NCBI GenBank assembly: GCA_019828565.1
Contig: JAHDYR010000005.1
Span: 781,342-845,341 of the forward strand
Reading direction: 5' to 3'
Source of the DNA: Carpediemonas membranifera BICM
Taxonomy: Eukaryota; Protista; Fornicata
DNA length: 64,000 bases
The notes beneath the pieces are model-generated. The model ran no database searches. It had not been told where the DNA came from and saw nothing but the letters and a program-made list of their open reading frames with translations. Both the position numbers and the translations under genes were made by a program. Positions 59,055 to 64,000 of the stretch are shown piece after piece (positions within the stretch are counted from its first letter, which is position 1; every line of letters begins with the position of its first letter).

Positions 59055-61793
59055 TTATCTCAAGGTGGCGTCTACCGGCAGTGCGTCGACCACGGCATCC
59101 ACGCTCACAGCCTTAGTGGCGACCTGGATGTTAGCGGGCCACCCCTCCGTCCCCGCCATCATCGAGAGCCGGTGCACCATGTCCTTCGCGACGGCAGTCT
59201 TCTTCGTTTTCCAGAACTTGAGCGGGAACTTCAGCGCCCAGTCGGTCATGGTACTGGCGGGGGCGACGATGGGCACGGCCCCGAGGATGGCGTCCTCTTC
59301 CGTCGGGTTGGCCGTCAGCTGGTCGATCAGCTCGGTCGACGTCTGCGCCAGAGAAGGCGCCTGGCGAGCCTTCTCGCGCTTGGACACGCGCGGCTTGTCG
59401 TGACGTCTGGGGCAGTCCGCGGCGACGTGGTCGATCGCCCCGCAGACGACGCACACGGTCGGGTTCGCTGCCTCCGCGTCCGCCTTCTTCTGGGCCTTCT
59501 CCGCTGCCTTCTTCTCCTTGCCCGTGACAGGCTCCTCGTCGGACAGGCCGTACTCCGTGAGGCGGGCCCGGCGTCGGCGGGATCGGGTGACGGCAGTGTA
59601 GTCAATCTCTGCGTCCGACGGATCTCGCTCACCCTCGGTCTCGGGCGTGTCGGCCGGCTCCTCCGCCTTCTCCTCGACCTTCTTGCCCTCCTTCCGCTCC
59701 TTCTTCTCGCGCTTCTTGCGGTTCTTAGGCTGCTGCGGGGCCCGGAACTCCTCAATCACCTCCTCGTCCACCTTCGTCAGCAGCTCCTTCAGCTCCTTCG
59801 CCATGGCGGCCAGGTCATACTGCCGGGCACGCTCGCCCGCGTGGGACTGGGCCGACGCCTCGTCCACGCGATACAGCACGCCGATGGCCATGTCGTAGGA
59901 CGAGGGCCGGATGTAGCTCTTCGACCCCCGGATCATGAAGGCCCCCGTCCCGATGTACTCCCCAGTCGGTGCAGTTTTAGACACCTGCCGGCCCCAGACC
60001 CAGTAGACGGCGGGGACGACCTTGTGGGCCCAGCTGGACGACCACATGGAGGCAAACATCGCAGCCTCGCGCAGGGTGTCTGGGGGCGGCTGGCTGAGCT
60101 TGGGCGGGAGGGCGAAGACGACGCTGGCGGCGCCCACGGTCTCGGCGTGGAGGTAGATGTCATTCTCGCGGAGATGGCCCTTGACGAGCTGCTCGTTCTG
60201 GTGAGCGTCCCTGCCACCGACGACGAGGATGTTATCCGATGATATGAACCATCTATACCGCTCGAACCAGAACTTGGGCCGCTGGTGCTTGACCTTAACC
60301 TGCGCCTTGGGGGCTGCCCTTGGCTTAACCTGGTCGGCGACCTTCTGCTGCCTCATCTTCTTGGCGACAGTCTCCATAGCTTCGTCGATCTTCGCCATCA
60401 TCTCCTCCTCGACCTTGGCAGCGTAGAAGCAGGCTGCCACGCCCTTGTCGACGCTGGCATGCGGCTCGAACAACACGATCTCCACAGTCCCCTCGCCGTC
60501 CAGGGCGGGCACAGCGATGGTCATGGACTTGTCGTTGAAGTCCCAGTGGGTCATGGAGCAGCCGCCGACAACGGGCACCCAGCGGATCACGTCGGGCATG
60601 GGGACCTTCTTGCTGTTGTAGATCTTCTCCCACATGCACCGGACCTCCTCGGCGGCCTCCCTGCTGGCCTCGAGGGCCGCCCCCTTGGCTCTCCACTCCT
60701 GGGCACGGGCCTGGCACGCCGCCCGTCGCTTGAGCTGGTCGGCCTTAAACCGCTCCTCGCGGGTAAGCTTGGCGCGGTCCTTGCTGGCGTCCTTGACCTC
60801 CTGCTCGGCCTCAGCGGGGGCGCCGTGGACCTCGAGCAGCCAGGCCTCGAGGGAGAAGAATACATCCACCGCCTCATTGAATGAGGACAGGGGAATGAAC
60901 GTGCGGGTGTCCCACGGCAGCTGGAAGGGCACGAACTCCTCAAACCGCTCACAGAGGGCTGTGACAGCGTTGTTGTCTGCGTCGAGGACGGCAGCGCTGT
61001 CCGCTGGGACAATCAGCCCAGCGGGAACAGGCGCCTCATCGGCCAGCACGATGCCTGCAGCTTGTGCGGCGCCCTCCTTGAGTGCGTCGACCTGCATGAG
61101 CATGGTGGAGATGTCGGCGATGACCTCGGGGGTCACCCTTTCCGAGGCGGCCTTCACGCCCATGCCGAGCCCCGCCTGTCGCACGACGGAGGCTGTGATG
61201 GTGGGTCCGTAGTCCATGTTGTTGAGGATGATGTTCCGCACTGTCTCCTTGGCGTGCTCGGGCGCATGAACGAGAGTGTTGATGAATTCAACCGTGGGAG
61301 CAACCGGGGGCCGGATGGCGGAGGTGGAGTACATGTCCCCATTGAACACGCCCTGCTGGTGCCTGAAGAGGGCCTTAATGCGCATATCGTCGCCACAAAG
61401 GATGACGTTGCCCTTTGAATGGAGCTCCACGATCAAATGATGGGTGAACGCACCCTCACCGAAGATGAGGTCGATAATACGGTCATTGGAGAACTGAATT
61501 ACGTTCGTTAGGCGGTGCGACTTGAGGTGCTTCCTGAGCTTCATTGTGAAGGACTTCGGGGCAGGGGGGTTCTGGCGGACGAACTTCGTCATGTGGACGC
61601 GCAAGCCGTTCTCAATCATCACATGGGTGATTGCACCGCTATCAGCACCCGAAGAGGGCACGTAGAACTTCAGAACGAGGGCACGGTCAGAGATGTCATA
61701 GATGTTCGCCAGACGATGTCCAGTGAGAGTATCGCGCATATTCTTGCAAAGAACAGACACATCGATAGATGAGAAACGAGCTTTCTTGCCCAT
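59055..61793 (-). CDS. NEMF: NEMF/Rqc2 ribosome quality-control factor with a CCHC knuckle
   Basis: KARFSSIDV...RLANIYD; FTMKLRKHL; FWFERYRWFISSDNILVVGGRDAHQNE; QVSKTAPTGEYIGTGAFMIRG; CVVCGAIDHVAADC. Confidence 0.95.
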   Translation of the reverse strand: MGKKARFSSIDVSVLCKNMRDTLTGHRLANIYDISDRALVLKFYVPSSGADSGAITHVMIENGLRVHMTKFVRQNPPAPKSFTMKLRKHLKSHRLTNVIQFSNDRIIDLIFGEGAFTHHLIVELHSKGNVILCGDDMRIKALFRHQQGVFNGDMYSTSAIRPPVAPTVEFINTLVHAPEHAKETVRNIILNNMDYGPTITASVVRQAGLGMGVKAASERVTPEVIADISTMLMQVDALKEGAAQAAGIVLADEAPVPAGLIVPADSAAVLDADNNAVTALCERFEEFVPFQLPWDTRTFIPLSSFNEAVDVFFSLEAWLLEVHGAPAEAEQEVKDASKDRAKLTREERFKADQLKRRAACQARAQEWRAKGAALEASREAAEEVRCMWEKIYNSKKVPMPDVIRWVPVVGGCSMTHWDFNDKSMTIAVPALDGEGTVEIVLFEPHASVDKGVAACFYAAKVEEEMMAKIDEAMETVAKKMRQQKVADQVKPRAAPKAQVKVKHQRPKFWFERYRWFISSDNILVVGGRDAHQNEQLVKGHLRENDIYLHAETVGAASVVFALPPKLSQPPPDTLREAAMFASMWSSSWAHKVVPAVYWVWGRQVSKTAPTGEYIGTGAFMIRGSKSYIRPSSYDMAIGVLYRVDEASAQSHAGERARQYDLAAMAKELKELLTKVDEEVIEEFRAPQQPKNRKKREKKERKEGKKVEEKAEEPADTPETEGERDPSDAEIDYTAVTRSRRRRARLTEYGLSDEEPVTGKEKKAAEKAQKKADAEAANPTVCVVCGAIDHVAADCPRRHDKPRVSKREKARQAPSLAQTSTELIDQLTANPTEEDAILGAVPIVAPASTMTDWALKFPLKFWKTKKTAVAKDMVHRLSMMAGTEGWPANIQVATKAVSVDAVVDALPVDATLR

Positions 61794-61998
61794 GATCGAT
61801 TGGGATTCCTTCTTCGCGAGATGTTGTCTGGCGACTCCGGTCTGGGTCGGTCAAACACGGCGCCCCAGGAACCACATACTGACCTACAACACGGCCAGTA
61901 CCCGCTTGCTAACCAATATACCGAGCCAACCCGCCCGATGCCCGATCAATCCGAAGTTTACAATCACTACCCACCCCAAGCGACGCCGCACACGCCCA

Positions 61999-63195
61999 TC
62001 ACTCGGTAACGAACGGCCCGAAGGTCAGCACCACGCCGTCGTCTGACCCGGACACCAGGAACCTCCCGGTGACCTCTGCGGCGTCGTCTACTGACACGGT
62101 GGCAGGGGCTGACACGGCCATGGTGAGAACCATGGAGTCGTGGCCCTGCAGAGTCCGCTCGAGGGCGCCGGTGAGGGAGTTGTACAGCATAAGAGTGCCC
62201 GTCAAGCTAGCGGCGGCCACAATGGGCGATGTTCCGAGGAATGCGAGCCTGGACACACCGTGCTCGCCGAGACTAATGGAGTGGCGCACAGTTAGATTCG
62301 TCATGTTAATCAGGATGAAGTGCCCGTCGTTGTCGCAGGCCGCCACGACAGCATGCTTAGGGCTGGCGGCTATCGCCTCCACCGAGGGGGGGAAGTCCGG
62401 GTTCTCCACAGTGGGAGTCGTCCGCAGTTTAGCCATCGCGCGGGCAGACTGTATGTTGGTGACCACGACGTTGCCCTCGAGGTCTCCGGTAAGCAGTAGC
62501 TGCCCGTTGGGGTGGACCGTGAGGCACGTGACGGGGGTGTCGCCATGAAACTCAGGCCCGCTCAGGACGGCCGTGGCGGCCCCGGTGATGGGGTTCCACA
62601 GGCGGATGGACCCGTCGTGGCCTGCAGAGATGACCCCCTTGCCGTCGATAGTGAAACCGCCGCATGTGACGGCACCACTGTGGCCTGTGAGCGTCGCCAT
62701 GTAGCGCGCATCCTCCTGGCCGGCAGTAGTCTTGATGTGCCACAACCAGCATGTGCCATCGCCGAAACCGCCCATGATTACGTTCCCCTTCGGGTGCCAG
62801 GCGAGCCACTCAGCGCCCTCGCTGGAGCCCTCGCACGTGGCAATGAGCTTGCCCATGGCATTCTCAGTAGTTCTGTACACACGGATGACGCCGTCGAGGC
62901 ATGCGGTGGCCACAAGGCTATTGTCGAAGTTGAAAGCCGTCGCGACGACGGACTCGCCGTGGCCTTCGAGCTCGGCGAGAACACGGCCTTCTTCACCGCG
63001 AACAAGGAATGCACGGTCATCACCGCCTCCGGTACACAACAAAAGAGGGTCTGTGGACGAAGAGCTCGAGGATACGGCGTAAACAGGGCCGTCGTGGCCA
63101 GCAAAGTAGCACACGGCATCGCTGTGCTGCTGGGGAATCTCCCCAGTCATATCTTCGTCCATCTGCTCAGCTGCCATCGCTTGCTCCTCAGACAT
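61999..63195 (-). CDS. SQT1/AAMP WD40 protein (uL16 chaperone)
   Basis: Acidic N-terminus; CTGGGDDRAF; GHGESVVATAFNFD; EWLAWHPKGNVIMGGFGDGTCWLW. Confidence 0.8.
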   Translation of the reverse strand: MSEEQAMAAEQMDEDMTGEIPQQHSDAVCYFAGHDGPVYAVSSSSSSTDPLLLCTGGGDDRAFLVRGEEGRVLAELEGHGESVVATAFNFDNSLVATACLDGVIRVYRTTENAMGKLIATCEGSSEGAEWLAWHPKGNVIMGGFGDGTCWLWHIKTTAGQEDARYMATLTGHSGAVTCGGFTIDGKGVISAGHDGSIRLWNPITGAATAVLSGPEFHGDTPVTCLTVHPNGQLLLTGDLEGNVVVTNIQSARAMAKLRTTPTVENPDFPPSVEAIAASPKHAVVAACDNDGHFILINMTNLTVRHSISLGEHGVSRLAFLGTSPIVAAASLTGTLMLYNSLTGALERTLQGHDSMVLTMAVSAPATVSVDDAAEVTGRFLVSGSDDGVVLTFGPFVTE

Positions 63196-63349
63196 TTGCT
63201 CACACGGCTGCTCACTTCGGGCTCGACCCGAAAACGACTGTGGCTGATGGAAATGGCGGAATGCCAAGACAAAGAGTGATACGTGCGCTGTGAATCAGTG
63301 CCCTACCATGCCAACACTGCCAAGCTTTCTAAATTCGAAAATATACAGT

Positions 63350-64000
63350 TTATTCCGCGATTGAAAGCCATCTGAGGCAGTCGGCGATGGCGTCCTGCAG
63401 CATCAGCGCAGACACCGCCATCTCACTAGTGCGCACCTCTTCGAGAGACCCGAACTGCTTCCGGGCATCCATGAGCGCGCAATTCTGTTTCCGGGCGGTC
63501 TGGACGTAGTGGAGGACGTCGCCGACGGTGTCGTTCACCTTCCGCTCAATGATGTCGTTGCCGATCATAGCAACGTCGGGTGTGGCTGCAAACGAGGTCT
63601 TGGACCTGAGGAGCTGAGCGAGAACCTTCTCCTGCGCATTGGGGCGGATGGTGACGGGGATCTCGCGCTGGATCTCGTCAGCGGGGAGGGTGTTCAGGTT
63701 GCCAGCGTGAATGGCTTCCATGGCCTTCTCGGTAAGCGTGAAGGCCCGGATGGCGAGGCTACCGTATGTGAAGGCGACGGGGTCAACAAAAAGCATGCAC
63801 GCCTGGGGGTTCTCCTTCTGGAGCTTGGCGTGGTAGTTGAGGGACTGGATGCTCTTGGCGCAGGTCTTCTGCACCACACTCCTGAAAACACCGACAAACT
63901 GAGGATCAACGTGGACGTCCTGAAGGCACTTATTCATATCGATCGAGAACTGATCGTTGGTGATCTGAGAGGACTCGACAGTCTCGGAAGGCTCGGGAAC
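63350..64000 (-). CDS. EIF3H: eIF3 subunit h (MPN domain), 5'-partial
   Basis: QFSIDMNKCLQDVHVDPQFVGVFRS...LFVDPVAFTYGSLAIRAFTLT; frame open to the window end. Confidence 0.7.
   Translation of the reverse strand, partial: VPEPSETVESSQITNDQFSIDMNKCLQDVHVDPQFVGVFRSVVQKTCAKSIQSLNYHAKLQKENPQACMLFVDPVAFTYGSLAIRAFTLTEKAMEAIHAGNLNTLPADEIQREIPVTIRPNAQEKVLAQLLRSKTSFAATPDVAMIGNDIIERKVNDTVGDVLHYVQTARKQNCALMDARKQFGSLEEVRTSEMAVSALMLQDAIADCLRWLSIAE

Noticed and set aside
59055-64000. NEMF-SQT1-eIF3h as a translation-related gene cluster
   Set aside because: Three co-oriented housekeeping genes in a compact genome; no evidence of co-regulation

Overview
Gene-dense, GC-rich eukaryotic (protist) DNA with about 30 protein genes, short spacers and rare, tiny spliceosomal introns (28-36 nt) whose branch point abuts the 3' splice site. 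Four traits point to an anaerobic flagellate of the Fornicata (Metamonada), most like free-living Carpediemonas (inference, not database-verified): a stand-alone glycine-cleavage P1 subunit with a short organelle leader, Giardia-like AGTRAA 3' signals, a divergent histone H4, and flagellar central-pair genes. Recognisable genes include a membrane adenylyl cyclase, CSN1-like, DRAM-like, DDB1-like, TmcB-like, WDR11, DLEC1, MLF, H4, APC10, CFAP221-like, BUB2, RPS4, long-chain acyl-CoA synthetase, GCS-P1, importin-11, RabGGT-beta, MMS19, NEMF, SQT1/AAMP and eIF3h. Most notable observations: (1) two paralogous ~50-aa micro-ORFs not called as such by the ORF track, with N-myristoylation starts and a shared C-terminal P[DE]V[ST]xDxxRxRxxGGF-stop motif; (2) H4 lacking the K20 residue but followed by a histone-type 3' stem-loop; (3) a ~2000-aa tail-anchored coiled coil built from a two-letter (96/42-nt) repeat code, whose module recurs in a WD40-coiled-coil-CBM20 protein; (4) a 369-bp inverted copy of an acyl-CoA synthetase fragment bounded by TCAAGG microhomology. 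No rRNA, tRNA, CRISPR or transposase could be supported.
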